IMG/VR virus record: IMGVR_UViG_3300034388_000009
Coordinates: 1 to 31,483 of that record
From: a virus
Taxonomy: Duplodnaviria > Caudoviricetes
DNA length: 31,483 bases
Strand: one strand, 5' to 3'
The notes under the pieces are model-generated. The model saw only the letters and a list, made by a program, of their open reading frames with translations. It was not told where the DNA came from and searched no databases. Shown here in pieces: positions 15,288-24,616 of the stretch (positions are counted from its first letter, which is position 1; each line of letters starts with the position of its first letter). A program made the position numbers and the translations under genes.

Positions 15288-17348
15288 CTATTTTACCGCC
15301 ACAGGCTTAGCGGTTTTGAATGAATTTTTCAGGTATCGAAGGATCGTGTCGGACGAAGCACGGGACCACTTGGACACGTTACGGATGAACCACACACGGC
15401 CACGATGGTCACGGCCCATGCTGTCGGTCCATCGGTACTGGCCCTTGCTCCTGGTGAAGCCTGCCGCGCTCATCGCGTTGCCGAAACCGTTGGGCTTCAC
15501 CGCAGTGGCAGGGTCTGCGCGCCTGAAATGCGCGAGCAGGTCTTCGCTCGTGAACAGGTCGCCCTCGATCGGTACACCGTTGAAGACCAGCACATCATCA
15601 GGGCTCTCACGCAGGGCCTTGATCCAGCTGCCCAGCGTGGATCTCCCGTTCTCCAGCATCTCCTCCTTGGCGTCGGTCATGGGCGGGGCTTGAAGAGGCT
15701 CGAAGCCGGTGAGGTCTACGTTCATAAGGTAGTGGTACAGGTAGTCCATGTTCAGCGCGTTCTTGTACCACCTGTCGAAGGACTTGAAGAACTCGTCCGG
15801 TGCCTTCTCCTTCACCTCCCAGATGAAGTAGCGGCGGTCACCATCCTCAACATGGATAGCGGTAGGTCGGTTGCTGGTGAGGTAGAAGCTTGCGTAGTTG
15901 GGGATCGTGAACTCTGGGATGTTCTTCTCTTCGATGGTGATGGTGTGACCTGAGATGAGCCGCTTCATCAGATCGACATGGCTGTGCGCGTCAGAGCCGG
16001 TGATCTCGTCGCCCATGATGAACTGGCGGTTGCAGGCCCATCCGTTGAACCTCTTCCGCAGGTCGTTCTCATCGACCTCTTTGAAGTTCTCGCCGTAGAT
16101 CTTCTCCATGACGTAACCGATCAGGGACTTGCCAACGCCCTGGAGCGGCGACCACATGAGCACGCAGGAGTACATCTTGAGCCCTGGGCGTTGGAGCGGA
16201 TAGGCCAGCCACTGCGTGAACCACTTCATCGAGGCCTTGCCTTCTGGCTCTCTACCGAAGATGTACCCCAACAGCTCCTTCCACGGTGTGACGTCGCCCT
16301 TCCGCGCGGTCACAGGCAGCGGCTTCCACATATTGAGCCTGCCGTCCACCACGTCCGCTCCTCCAGGCAGGTAGGTGATACCTTCCACTTCGCATCGGTT
16401 CTGCCACTTCAGCCACTTCGCTGCCGCGCTCACCTGCTTGTAGGACATCTCACCTGCAGGGGTGAGGATCTGCTCCCGCACTGTCTTGTTGCCTTCGTCC
16501 AACAGGAACCGATCCACACGCATGGGCATGTCCGCGCCCTTGCGGAAGACACCGCCGATCTCGCCCCTGATGTAGGTGTACTTCTCGTTCATCCTCCACA
16601 ACACCTCGGCCATGCGCATCGCCTCGCTGCCCTTCAGCAGGTCGATGAAGTCAGCGGCGCTGTGCGTGAGGAAGTAGTCGTCGAGCCCTACCTTGACCCC
16701 TGAGTCGTTGGGCAGGCGCAGGAAGTAGGGCATCGCGCCGCGTGCGTGAAGCTCCGCAGACAGCTCGTTCACTGCGGCCACGACGTTGGGGTTCACGGTG
16801 CCGTCGTTGTCGAAGACGATCGTGACCTTGCGCTGTACCCAGTCAACCCACTCCAGGCTGGCCAGGAAGTCATCGCCTGTGCCCCGGCTGTAGAAGTTCC
16901 ACACCCCGCCGAGGCCGATGGTGGGAAAGCCCATGTCGCAGCCCTTCGCGGCCTTGAACTCACCCTCGGTGATGTAGATGGGGATGCTCGGATCCTTGAG
17001 GATCTCGCACCATTCAAGATGGCTGGGCAGCGTGAGAGGGTAGTACGCACCGACGCCGGACTTCGCGACCTGGAAGTAACGCTGCAGCTTGTTGTCCTTG
17101 CCAGCGTACACATCGACGAGGTAGCGGCCGCGCTCGAACGGAGCCCACATGGGATGGTTGCTGAGGCGCTTGCGATCGGCTCTGGGCTGTCGCGGGTCGA
17201 AGTATTTGATCATCAGGCTCGGCGCATCAGCGCCGCCTGCGGCCTTGGTCTGCTCCGGCACATACACCTCCACGCCCAGGTCGCGGAAGCTGTGGTGATC
17301 GAGCCCAGATGACTTCAACTTGGTTCGTGCGAGGTCTGCGAAGCTCAT
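15288..17348 (-). CDS. DNA primase-helicase (DUF3854/Toprim-like primase plus SF3/DUF5906-type helicase, P4 alpha-like)
   Basis: YITEGEFKA...IGLGGVWN...IVFDND...KVGLDDY primase motifs; WLAYPLQRPG...QGVGKS Walker A, FNGW...MGDEI Walker B, LTSN, DRRY. Confidence 0.9.
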   Translation of the reverse strand: MSFADLARTKLKSSGLDHHSFRDLGVEVYVPEQTKAAGGADAPSLMIKYFDPRQPRADRKRLSNHPMWAPFERGRYLVDVYAGKDNKLQRYFQVAKSGVGAYYPLTLPSHLEWCEILKDPSIPIYITEGEFKAAKGCDMGFPTIGLGGVWNFYSRGTGDDFLASLEWVDWVQRKVTIVFDNDGTVNPNVVAAVNELSAELHARGAMPYFLRLPNDSGVKVGLDDYFLTHSAADFIDLLKGSEAMRMAEVLWRMNEKYTYIRGEIGGVFRKGADMPMRVDRFLLDEGNKTVREQILTPAGEMSYKQVSAAAKWLKWQNRCEVEGITYLPGGADVVDGRLNMWKPLPVTARKGDVTPWKELLGYIFGREPEGKASMKWFTQWLAYPLQRPGLKMYSCVLMWSPLQGVGKSLIGYVMEKIYGENFKEVDENDLRKRFNGWACNRQFIMGDEITGSDAHSHVDLMKRLISGHTITIEEKNIPEFTIPNYASFYLTSNRPTAIHVEDGDRRYFIWEVKEKAPDEFFKSFDRWYKNALNMDYLYHYLMNVDLTGFEPLQAPPMTDAKEEMLENGRSTLGSWIKALRESPDDVLVFNGVPIEGDLFTSEDLLAHFRRADPATAVKPNGFGNAMSAAGFTRSKGQYRWTDSMGRDHRGRVWFIRNVSKWSRASSDTILRYLKNSFKTAKPVAVK

Positions 17349-17707
17349 AGGAACGCCTCTGGTACGGGAGCGAACGCATAGGCGTTGAGGAACCTTTGGT
17401 TGGAGATTCGCTTGAGCCTGACGTGATAGGTGTGATGGCTGTAGTGATACAGCTTCAGGCCTGGGATCTCGATGACGTCGCCATAAGCCACACCATCGAA
17501 CAGGCGCAGGACGTGCACTGTTTCGTTGGCGGGGATGTGACCGGCGTCGTACAGCATCTCGGCGAGACGCCGCAGAGTGATGTCGAACCCGCGCTGCTGC
17601 TGGTTGTCGGCTTCGTTGTGGATACGGAACCTCACAGGCTCCTCGATGATCTGCATCATGTATCGCTTTCGGGAACCCAGCTTGATGTTGTCCTGACGTA
17701 GGGACAT
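17345..17707 (-). CDS. Hypothetical protein (120 aa, MSLRQDNIK...)
   Basis: GAGGAG RBS before ATG 17707; ATGA overlap with the primase start. Confidence 0.7.
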   Translation of the reverse strand: MSLRQDNIKLGSRKRYMMQIIEEPVRFRIHNEADNQQQRGFDITLRRLAEMLYDAGHIPANETVHVLRLFDGVAYGDVIEIPGLKLYHYSHHTYHVRLKRISNQRFLNAYAFAPVPEAFL

Positions 17708-17753
17708 GGCTACTCCTCGCGCTCTCAAGAGCGCAGACGATGCTGTTGAGGGG

Positions 17754-18023
17754 CTAGTCCTTGAAGGGGAAGGGACGGTCTACGTTCTGCGGCGTGGCCC
17801 TCCGCACCCTCACAAGCGTGTCCTCCCCATCAGAGGAGATCACGCGCTCGATCGTCGCGTTGGGGCCTAGCACGCTGTGGTGCGTGCGCAGATAGGACAC
17901 CGACCAACCGAGCGCGACGGCCGCGCCTTCGATGGTGGTGACGTCGATGTTCCGAGCCTCGGTGCCTACTACAGCGGGTAGTCGGAACCGGGCGATCTGG
18001 TACTTCAGGCTTGGCCGTGACAT
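17754..18023 (-). CDS. Small putative DNA-binding protein (HTH-like), first gene of the leftward operon
   Basis: AGGAGG RBS; TTIEGAAVALGWSVSYLRTHHS resembles a helix-turn-helix. Confidence 0.55.
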   Translation of the reverse strand: MSRPSLKYQIARFRLPAVVGTEARNIDVTTIEGAAVALGWSVSYLRTHHSVLGPNATIERVISSDGEDTLVRVRRATPQNVDRPFPFKD

Positions 18024-18043
18024 GGATGCTTCCTCCTGGGATC

Positions 18044-18071
18044 AGGATGGCGTGTTCGAGGCACTTTGCAA
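18044..18071 (-). promoter_or_regulatory. Putative leftward promoter
   Basis: TTGCAA-N16-CATCCT on - strand with a T-rich UP-like tract upstream (18072-18083). Confidence 0.4.
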
Positions 18072-18082
18072 ACAATAAAAAA

Positions 18083-18096
18083 TAGCTGCGCAGCTA
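18083..18096. promoter_or_regulatory. Perfect 14-bp palindrome, operator candidate
   Basis: TAGCTGCGCAGCTA is its own reverse complement and lies just upstream of the putative leftward promoter. Confidence 0.45.
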
Positions 18097-18118
18097 CGCT
18101 CTTATCGGGTCAAAAAGT

Positions 18119-18476
18119 TTGCCTCACCCCCCTGAAAATGGGTGGGTGAGGCAAGGGGTGAGGCAAGGGGTGAGGCAAGCCTCAAACGCAGTGGTGGCGC
18201 GGGCTCGCAGAGATTTTGCCTCACTGCCTCACCCAGATCGCCAAAAATCTTTTCCCCTACACACCCCCTCTTTCATTACATATTAAAAATAATCTTTTTT
18301 TCTCTTAAAGAATAAGAAAAGGGTGAGTCAGGTGAGGCAAAATCCTCGGCGGGCCGCACCAGTACTGCGTTTACGTTTGCCTCACCCACTCTTCCCAGGT
18401 GAGGCATGGGTTGAGGCAAAATTCGCTAGGACGTAGTGGTGTAGCGGGTTTGCGCCATGTTTGTTGGGTGAGGCAA
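18119..18476. repeat. Iteron cluster (12 copies of (GG)TGAGGCA(A), both orientations) around an AT-rich core; putative replication origin
   Basis: Copies start near 18119(-), 18145, 18157, 18169, 18216(-), 18225(-), 18321 (variant TGAGTCA), 18331, 18377(-), 18398, 18410, 18467; AT-rich core about 18243-18320. Confidence 0.8.
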
Positions 18477-18488
18477 GCGTATATGTTG

Positions 18489-18516
18489 TTGCGCCTGTTG
18501 GTGGCGTGTCCATACT
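18489..18516 (+). promoter_or_regulatory. Putative rightward (late) promoter
   Basis: TTGCGC-N16-CATACT, 19 nt upstream of the terS start; same geometry as the leftward candidate. Confidence 0.35.
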
Positions 18517-18535
18517 CCTGAGTGTGGAGGACGCA

Positions 18536-18883
18536 GTGGCAAAGGCTCCAGGAAAACAACCTACCCCCGCGACAGCGGTGGCGAAGCCTGCGTCGAAGCG
18601 CAAGAAGCAGCCCAAGGATCCGAACGCTCCGAAGAATCTGGGCGGTCGTCCCGCCGGTGTGCCGAACCACTGGAGCCGCGAGATGCGTGAGGTGGTGCGA
18701 GAGGCCTTCGAGAAGGCTGGTGGCGTCGACTACCTCGTGAAGCTCGCGAAGACCAACCCCAACACGTTCGCCACGCTCATCGCCAAGCTCGTGCCCAACG
18801 CGCTCACAGCGGAGATCAACATCACGGTCAACACTCTCGCCCAGCGTCTCGCTGAGGCCCGTGCCCGTGCGAGCAAGTCGTGA
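18536..18883 (+). CDS. terS: Terminase small subunit
   Basis: GGAGG RBS before GTG 18536; GGRPAGVPN...AFEKAGGVDYL...FATLIAKLVP motif; GTGA overlap with terL. Confidence 0.75.
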   Translation: MAKAPGKQPTPATAVAKPASKRKKQPKDPNAPKNLGGRPAGVPNHWSREMREVVREAFEKAGGVDYLVKLAKTNPNTFATLIAKLVPNALTAEINITVNTLAQRLAEARARASKS

Positions 18884-20364
18884 GCGTCCTCACCTCCCCC
18901 GTCGACGTTGAGCAGGCGCTCATCGAAGACATCGCTGGCTTCGCTGGTGATCCTCTGGGGTTCGTGCTCTACGCGTTCCCGTGGGGCACCGGTGAGCTGG
19001 AGAAGTACAGCGGCCCCGACGAGTGGCAGGTCGGTGTGCTCAACGACATCAAGAACGGCATGAGCGTCAACAAGGCCCTGCAGATGGCGACAGCGTCGGG
19101 CCACGGCATCGGCAAGAGCGCCATCGTGTCGTGGATCATCCTCTGGGCCATGTCCACGATGGAGGACACCAAGGGCATCGTCACCGCGAACACCGAGACG
19201 CAGCTCAAGACGAAGACCTGGGCAGAGCTGGCCAAGTGGCACCGACTCTCCATCAACGAGCACTGGTTCGAGCTGACGGCCACCGCGTTGTTCAGCAAGC
19301 AGGTCGGTCACGACAAGACGTGGCGCGTCGATCAGATCGCGTGGAGCGAGACCCGCAACGAAGCGTTCGCAGGTCTGCACAACAAGGGCAAGCGTGTGCT
19401 GCTCGTCTTCGATGAGGCATCAGCCATCCCCGACATCATCTGGGAAGTGGCCGAAGGTGCCATGACCGACGAGGACACCGAGATTGCGTGGTTCGCATTT
19501 GGTAACCCGACCCGTGCACGGGGCCGGTTCGCTGACTGCTTCGGCCGGTTCAAGCACCGGTGGATCACGCGCCAGATCGACAGCCGCACCGTCGCCATCA
19601 CCAACAAGGCTCAGCTGCAGGCGTGGGTCGACGACTATGGGATCGACAGCGACTTCGCGAAGGTCCGCGTGCTTGGGCAGTTCCCCAGCGGTGACGTCAA
19701 CGCTCTGCTCACCCGTGCAGAGGTCGACGCTGCGATGAACCGCCACTACAACCCAGGCGAGTACGAGTTCGCGGCCAAGGTGCTCGGTGTCGACGTGGCC
19801 CGTCAGGGCATGGACGACAGCGTCATCGCGTTCCGCCACGGGAACGTGTGCTGGCCTCTCGTGGTGACGCACATCCCCGACAGCGTGTTGGTGGCGCAGG
19901 TCGTCGCGTCGAAGATGGACGAGCACAACCCTGACGGTGTGCACGTCGACGCGACCGGCGGCTACGGCGCAGGCGTGATCGACGCTCTACGTTCGACGAT
20001 GCTGCGCAGCTGCACAGAGGTGTACTTCAGCGGCAAGTCGAGCGACCCACGATACTTCAACAAACGGAGCGAGATGGCGTTCATCATGGCCCGTTGGATC
20101 AAGACCTCGGGTGCTCTGCCCAAGGACGAGCTGCTGGCCGAAGAGCTGTGCGCGCTGACCTACGAGTTCAAGGGCGACAAGTTCAAGCTCGTCGACAAGG
20201 AGACCATCCGCGACGAGATCGGACGCAGCCCTGACCGCGCAGATGCGCTGGGCCTCACGTTCGCGTTCCCAGTGGCGCCCGCCGCTGGCGAACTGCCCAC
20301 CCCTGGTGCTCGGCGCATCAAGGCAGACTCCGGGTCGTACGATCCGTTCAAGGAGAACTGGTGA
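18880..20364 (+). CDS. terL: Terminase large subunit
   Basis: ASGHGIGKS Walker A, LLVFDEAS Walker B, FGNPTR motif III, LGVDVARQGMD and RSPDRADAL RNase H-like nuclease motifs. Confidence 0.96.
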   Translation: MSVLTSPVDVEQALIEDIAGFAGDPLGFVLYAFPWGTGELEKYSGPDEWQVGVLNDIKNGMSVNKALQMATASGHGIGKSAIVSWIILWAMSTMEDTKGIVTANTETQLKTKTWAELAKWHRLSINEHWFELTATALFSKQVGHDKTWRVDQIAWSETRNEAFAGLHNKGKRVLLVFDEASAIPDIIWEVAEGAMTDEDTEIAWFAFGNPTRARGRFADCFGRFKHRWITRQIDSRTVAITNKAQLQAWVDDYGIDSDFAKVRVLGQFPSGDVNALLTRAEVDAAMNRHYNPGEYEFAAKVLGVDVARQGMDDSVIAFRHGNVCWPLVVTHIPDSVLVAQVVASKMDEHNPDGVHVDATGGYGAGVIDALRSTMLRSCTEVYFSGKSSDPRYFNKRSEMAFIMARWIKTSGALPKDELLAEELCALTYEFKGDKFKLVDKETIRDEIGRSPDRADALGLTFAFPVAPAAGELPTPGARRIKADSGSYDPFKENW

Positions 20365-20573
20365 TGTGCTTCGGCGGACCCTCTATCCCTGCACCTCAGA
20401 AGCCTCCCCCGACGGCGACGCCATCGGACCCCACCGTCGTCGCTGCGCTGGACCGTGAGCGTCGCAGGATGGCAGCGATGGGTGGGCGTCAGGCGACGAT
20501 CCTCAGCTCTGGTATGGGCGTCGGGGCTGGCTCAACCACGGGCTCTGGCCCCAAGACTGTGCTGGGGGCGTGA
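20364..20573 (+). CDS. Small virion/assembly protein (T7 gp7.3-like position)
   Basis: MCFGGPSIP...GRQATIL...KTVLGA pattern typical of the podovirus gene before the portal; TGATG coupling on both sides. Confidence 0.7.
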   Translation: MCFGGPSIPAPQKPPPTATPSDPTVVAALDRERRRMAAMGGRQATILSSGMGVGAGSTTGSGPKTVLGA

Positions 20574-22291
20574 TGTACACGATGACGCAGCGCGAGTTCC
20601 ACACGAGGCAGCTGGCTGGGATGGAGGCCGAGCGAGCCATGTTCATCCCCCACTGGCGCGACATCAACGACTACATCATGCCCCGCACGTCGCGCTTCTT
20701 CGCGCAGACCCCGAACAAGGGCAACCTGCGCAACACGAAGATCAACGACGCGACGGCCACACTGGCCCTCCGTGCGTTGAGCGCAGGCATGGTCAGCGGC
20801 ATCACGAACCCTGCACGGCCTTGGGTGCAGATGCGAGTCGCTGACCCTGACCTCAACAAGCGGCACAGCACCCGTCAGTACCTCGACCTCGTGCGCGACG
20901 CGATGCAGGAGATCTTCCTGCGGTCGAACATCTACACAGCTCTGCCTGCTACGTTCTCCAACCTGGGCGGCTACGGCACCGACGCGTTCATCCTTGAGGA
21001 GGACGACGAGGCCGTGATCCGCGCGTACAGCTGGCCCATCGGCAGCTACATGCTGAGCACCAACGCACGAGGCGTCGTCGACACCGGCTACCGCAAGTTC
21101 CAGATGACGGCGTCCCAGCTCATCCGCAGGTTCGGCATCGACAACGTGACGCAGCCCGTGCGCAAGGCCTACGAGCGCGGCAGCTACAACGAATGGTTCA
21201 TGGTCATCCACGCTCTTGAGCCGAACCCTGACTTCAACCCTGGTGGCCTGAGCAGCAGGAACATGCCTCTGCGTTCGGTGTACTACGAGGAGGCGTCCCG
21301 CCCTGACGAGTGGCTGCGGCGCGGTGGGTACAAGACGAACCCGCTGATCGCGTCCAGGTGGGCGGTGTTGGGTGAGGACACCTACGGCACCAGCCCTGGG
21401 ATGGAGGCCCTTGGCGACGTGATGGCCCTGCAGCTCGAACAGCGCCGCAAGATCATGGTCGTCGACAAGCACGTCAACCCTCCGACCCAGGCACCTGTGA
21501 GCCTTGAGAAGCGCGGCGTGTCCAACCTGCCCGGTGGTGTGACCTACGTCGACGTGATGCAGAACGGACAGCCGATCACCCCGACCTACCAGACCCAGCT
21601 CAGCGGCATGCAGTACCTGCTGCAGGACATCCAGGAGGTCCAGGGCCGGATCAACAGCTGCTTCTTCAAGGACCTGTTCCTGCTCATCGCGAACGACGAG
21701 CGGAGCAACATCACCGCGACCGAGATCGCCGCGAGGCAGGAGGAGAAGCTCCTCGCGCTTGGCCCCGTCTACCTGCGCGCCAATGACGAGCTGCTCGACC
21801 CGATGGTGTCCCGCACCTTCGAGATCATGGTCGATCGCAGCAGGCCGTACTGGGAGGGCAAGCTCAACGGAGCACCGATCATCCCTCCCCCGCCCCCTGA
21901 GCTGGCTGGCGCTGACGTGAGCTTCGAGTTCATCAGCACCATGTCCCAGGCCATGAAGTCCGTAGGCATCACCTCCATCGAGCGGACCCTCACGTTCGCT
22001 GGCAACCTCGCGCAGGCGTTCCCCGACATCCTGGACAACCTGTCCGGCGACCGAGCCATTCGGACCTATGCGAATGTCAACGGCACGCCTGCCGACTTGC
22101 TCACCGACGAGAAGGAGGTGGAGAAGGTCCGCGCAGCTCGCGCTCAGCAGGCCGCTGCTCAGCAGCAGATGATGGCTGCTCAGCAGATGGCTGGCACCGC
22201 GAAGGACCTCGCACAGGCTCCTCTCTCCGACAACAACGCGCTGTCCCAGCTCCTGGGCCGTATGAACGAAGCTCAGGGGGTGCAGCCATGA
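20573..22291 (+). CDS. Portal (head-tail connector), BPP-1 Bbp21/T7 gp8-like
   Basis: HWRDINDYIMP...LSAGMVSGITNPARPW...RW...YGTSPGMEALGD...ITATEIAARQEEKLLALGPV...ELLDP. Confidence 0.93.
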   Translation: MYTMTQREFHTRQLAGMEAERAMFIPHWRDINDYIMPRTSRFFAQTPNKGNLRNTKINDATATLALRALSAGMVSGITNPARPWVQMRVADPDLNKRHSTRQYLDLVRDAMQEIFLRSNIYTALPATFSNLGGYGTDAFILEEDDEAVIRAYSWPIGSYMLSTNARGVVDTGYRKFQMTASQLIRRFGIDNVTQPVRKAYERGSYNEWFMVIHALEPNPDFNPGGLSSRNMPLRSVYYEEASRPDEWLRRGGYKTNPLIASRWAVLGEDTYGTSPGMEALGDVMALQLEQRRKIMVVDKHVNPPTQAPVSLEKRGVSNLPGGVTYVDVMQNGQPITPTYQTQLSGMQYLLQDIQEVQGRINSCFFKDLFLLIANDERSNITATEIAARQEEKLLALGPVYLRANDELLDPMVSRTFEIMVDRSRPYWEGKLNGAPIIPPPPPELAGADVSFEFISTMSQAMKSVGITSIERTLTFAGNLAQAFPDILDNLSGDRAIRTYANVNGTPADLLTDEKEVEKVRAARAQQAAAQQQMMAAQQMAGTAKDLAQAPLSDNNALSQLLGRMNEAQGVQP

Positions 22292-22656
22292 CGGCCACCC
22301 TGAGCAACGAGATCATCACCGCGTTCGTCGTCGGTAGCGTCGTGCTCTGCGTCAGCGCGATGACCTACTTCGCCAAGGCATGGGTGGCGACCCTGAACGC
22401 CACGATCAAGGAGCTGTCCAGCAGCGTCCATGAGCTGACCGGAGTGGTCCACGAGCTGCGGCAGGAGCAGGCGCTGCAGCGTCTGAGGTTCAAGCACCAG
22501 GAGGCACGTCTGCGTGAGCTGCAGGCCCAGGCCGTGTTCTGCAGCCGCGAGGAGTGTGAGAACTTCCGCACCGGCACTGACCCTGGGCACAAGGTCCACC
22601 TGCACGCACGCGCCGAGGACACCGACCTCGACAGCGGGGAGTTCCACCATGTCTGA
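22288..22656 (+). CDS. Membrane protein with coiled coil (122 aa)
   Basis: One N-terminal hydrophobic helix, heptad region IKELSSSVHELTGVVHELRQE; ATGA overlap with the portal. Confidence 0.7.
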   Translation: MTATLSNEIITAFVVGSVVLCVSAMTYFAKAWVATLNATIKELSSSVHELTGVVHELRQEQALQRLRFKHQEARLRELQAQAVFCSREECENFRTGTDPGHKVHLHARAEDTDLDSGEFHHV

Positions 22657-22984
22657 GTTCCGAGTGCCCGACAACTTCGACTCCGGCGACCTGAAGCAGG
22701 TCAAGCGCAAGCAGGCCAAGGGAGCCGCACAAGAGCGCCAGCTGCTCAACGACTTCTGCGCCGTGATGGCGTCGCCCGAGGGCCGACGTGTCATGGTGTG
22801 GCTCCTTGAGCAGACTGGCCCGTATCGGTCCAGCTTCGCGACCAACGCGCTGCAGATGGCCTACCAGGAGGGCATCCGCAAGCTGGGCCTCATCGTCACC
22901 GACAAGATGGCATCCGCGTCACCTGAGACCTGGGTAGCCATGCAGCTTGAACTTCTCTCACCAAAGGAGGACACCAATGTCTGA
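22649..22984 (+). CDS. Bbp19-like conserved head-module protein
   Basis: VMASPEGRRVMVWLLEQTG...SF...MAYQEGIRKLGL motif; GGGGAG RBS before ATG 22649. Confidence 0.8.
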   Translation: MSEFRVPDNFDSGDLKQVKRKQAKGAAQERQLLNDFCAVMASPEGRRVMVWLLEQTGPYRSSFATNALQMAYQEGIRKLGLIVTDKMASASPETWVAMQLELLSPKEDTNV

Positions 22985-23600
22985 CCAAACCGCAGCTGCT
23001 GGGACAACCCAAGACACCAGCACCTCGCTCACTGCAGCGGTTCCGCCCGCTGATGCTGCAGCCACGCCTGTCGTGCCTGCTACTGAAGTACCCGCCACCA
23101 ATGAACCGAAGACCGACGCCGCCGTCGACGACAAGGCCATCGAGAAGGTAGCCGAGCCGAAGGTGCCAGAGGTCTACGACTTCAAACTCCCCGAAGGCGT
23201 GAAGCTGGACGATGCCGCTGTAGACATCGTCACGCCCGTGCTGAAGGAGCTGGGTGTCGGCAATGAGGGAGCGCAGAAGCTCGCCACCGCTTTCATGTCC
23301 ATCCAGGCCGACCAAGCAGCGCGGCAGTCCGCGCAGTGGCTTGCCGATGCCAAGGCAGACAAGGAGATCGGCGGCGCGAAGTGGGACGCCACGACCAAGG
23401 CCGCGCAGAGCGCGTTTGCCGAGTTCGCGACCCCCGAACTGAAGAACTTCCTCGACAGCACCGGTCTGGGTAACCACCCAGGCCTCATCAAGGCCTTCGC
23501 CAAGATCGCTGAACGTTCCGCGCAGGACAAGCACGTCCCTGCCGACGCGAACGTGATGGAGACCGATCCCGCTAAGCGCCTCTTCCCCAACACCAAATAA
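22977..23600 (+). CDS. Capsid scaffolding/assembly protein
   Basis: AAGGAGG RBS; Ala/Pro/Thr-rich N-terminus, VPEVYDFKLPEG and LDSTGLGNHPGLIKAFAKIA motifs; directly before the capsid gene. Confidence 0.82.
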   Translation: MSDQTAAAGTTQDTSTSLTAAVPPADAAATPVVPATEVPATNEPKTDAAVDDKAIEKVAEPKVPEVYDFKLPEGVKLDDAAVDIVTPVLKELGVGNEGAQKLATAFMSIQADQAARQSAQWLADAKADKEIGGAKWDATTKAAQSAFAEFATPELKNFLDSTGLGNHPGLIKAFAKIAERSAQDKHVPADANVMETDPAKRLFPNTK

Positions 23601-23612
23601 GGAGACACAGCC

Positions 23613-24605
23613 ATGGCTGCTCTTGGAGTTTACAACCCCACCCTTCTGGATCTGGCCAAGATGACCGATCCCGACGGCACCATCGGCGACATCGCCGAGA
23701 TGCTGTCTCTGCAGAACGACATCCTCAAGGATGCCACCGTGATGGAGGGCAAGCTGACGAACGGCGACGAGAACATCGTCCGCACCGGCATCGGCGGCGC
23801 GACCTGGAAGAAGCTGTACGGCTACATCCAGCCCGAGAAGGGCACCCAGGCCAAGGTCGTCGATCAGTGCGGCATGCTGCGCCGCTACTCGGAGATCGAC
23901 GTCGATCTCGCTCGCAAGAGCGGGAACGTGCAGAAGTTCGTGATGAACGAGTCCTACGCTGCCATCGAGGCGATGAACCAGGAGATGGCCTCCACGCTGT
24001 TCTACGGCAACGAGACCACCGAGCCCGAGGCCTTCACCGGCTTCGCTCCCCGTTACAACGACCAGAGCGCGCAGAACGCTCGCAACATCCTGACCTCTGC
24101 CGCCACCCCCGACAGCACCGACAACACCTCGATCTGGCTGATCAACTGGAGCCCCCAGACCGTGTTCCTCTGCACTCCCAAGGGCAGCAAGGCCGGTCTG
24201 CAGCACCAGGACTTCGGCGAGGTCGGTAAGACCGACAGCAACGGCGCGATCCTGCAGGTCTACCGCTCCCTCTTCTCCTGGGACCTCGGTCTCGTGGTGA
24301 AGGACTGGCGGCACGTCGTGCGCATCAACTTCGACCTGGAGGACATCGTCGCCACTGGTGCCACCGGCCCCGTGCTGCGCGACCTGATGGCGAAGGCGAT
24401 CCGCCGCATCCCTGCCATGAGCATGGGTCGTCCCGCCTTCTACATGAACACCGACGCCCTCGACGCGTTCGATCTGCAGTGCAACGGCAACGCCAACCTC
24501 GCCTTCAAGTCGGTCGAGGACGCCCAGGGCAAGGCCATGGACACCTTCCGTGGCATCCCCGTCCGTCGCTGCGACTCCATCACCTCCACCGAAGCCGGTA
24601 TCTAA
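23613..24605 (+). CDS. Major capsid protein (BPP-1 Bbp17-like)
   Basis: PTLLDLAK...IAEMLSLQNDIL...VRTG...SEIDVDLA...LFYGN...FTGFAPRYN...GLVVKDWRHVVRI...FRGIPVRRCDSI; strong codon bias and TAAGGAG RBS. Confidence 0.93.
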   Translation: MAALGVYNPTLLDLAKMTDPDGTIGDIAEMLSLQNDILKDATVMEGKLTNGDENIVRTGIGGATWKKLYGYIQPEKGTQAKVVDQCGMLRRYSEIDVDLARKSGNVQKFVMNESYAAIEAMNQEMASTLFYGNETTEPEAFTGFAPRYNDQSAQNARNILTSAATPDSTDNTSIWLINWSPQTVFLCTPKGSKAGLQHQDFGEVGKTDSNGAILQVYRSLFSWDLGLVVKDWRHVVRINFDLEDIVATGATGPVLRDLMAKAIRRIPAMSMGRPAFYMNTDALDAFDLQCNGNANLAFKSVEDAQGKAMDTFRGIPVRRCDSITSTEAGI

Positions 24606-24616
24606 GGAGATCAACC

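Noticed and set aside
18119-18476. Repeat cluster as a CRISPR array
   Set aside because: Repeats are only about 10 bp, occur in both orientations with irregular spacing, and have no unique 30-40 bp spacers
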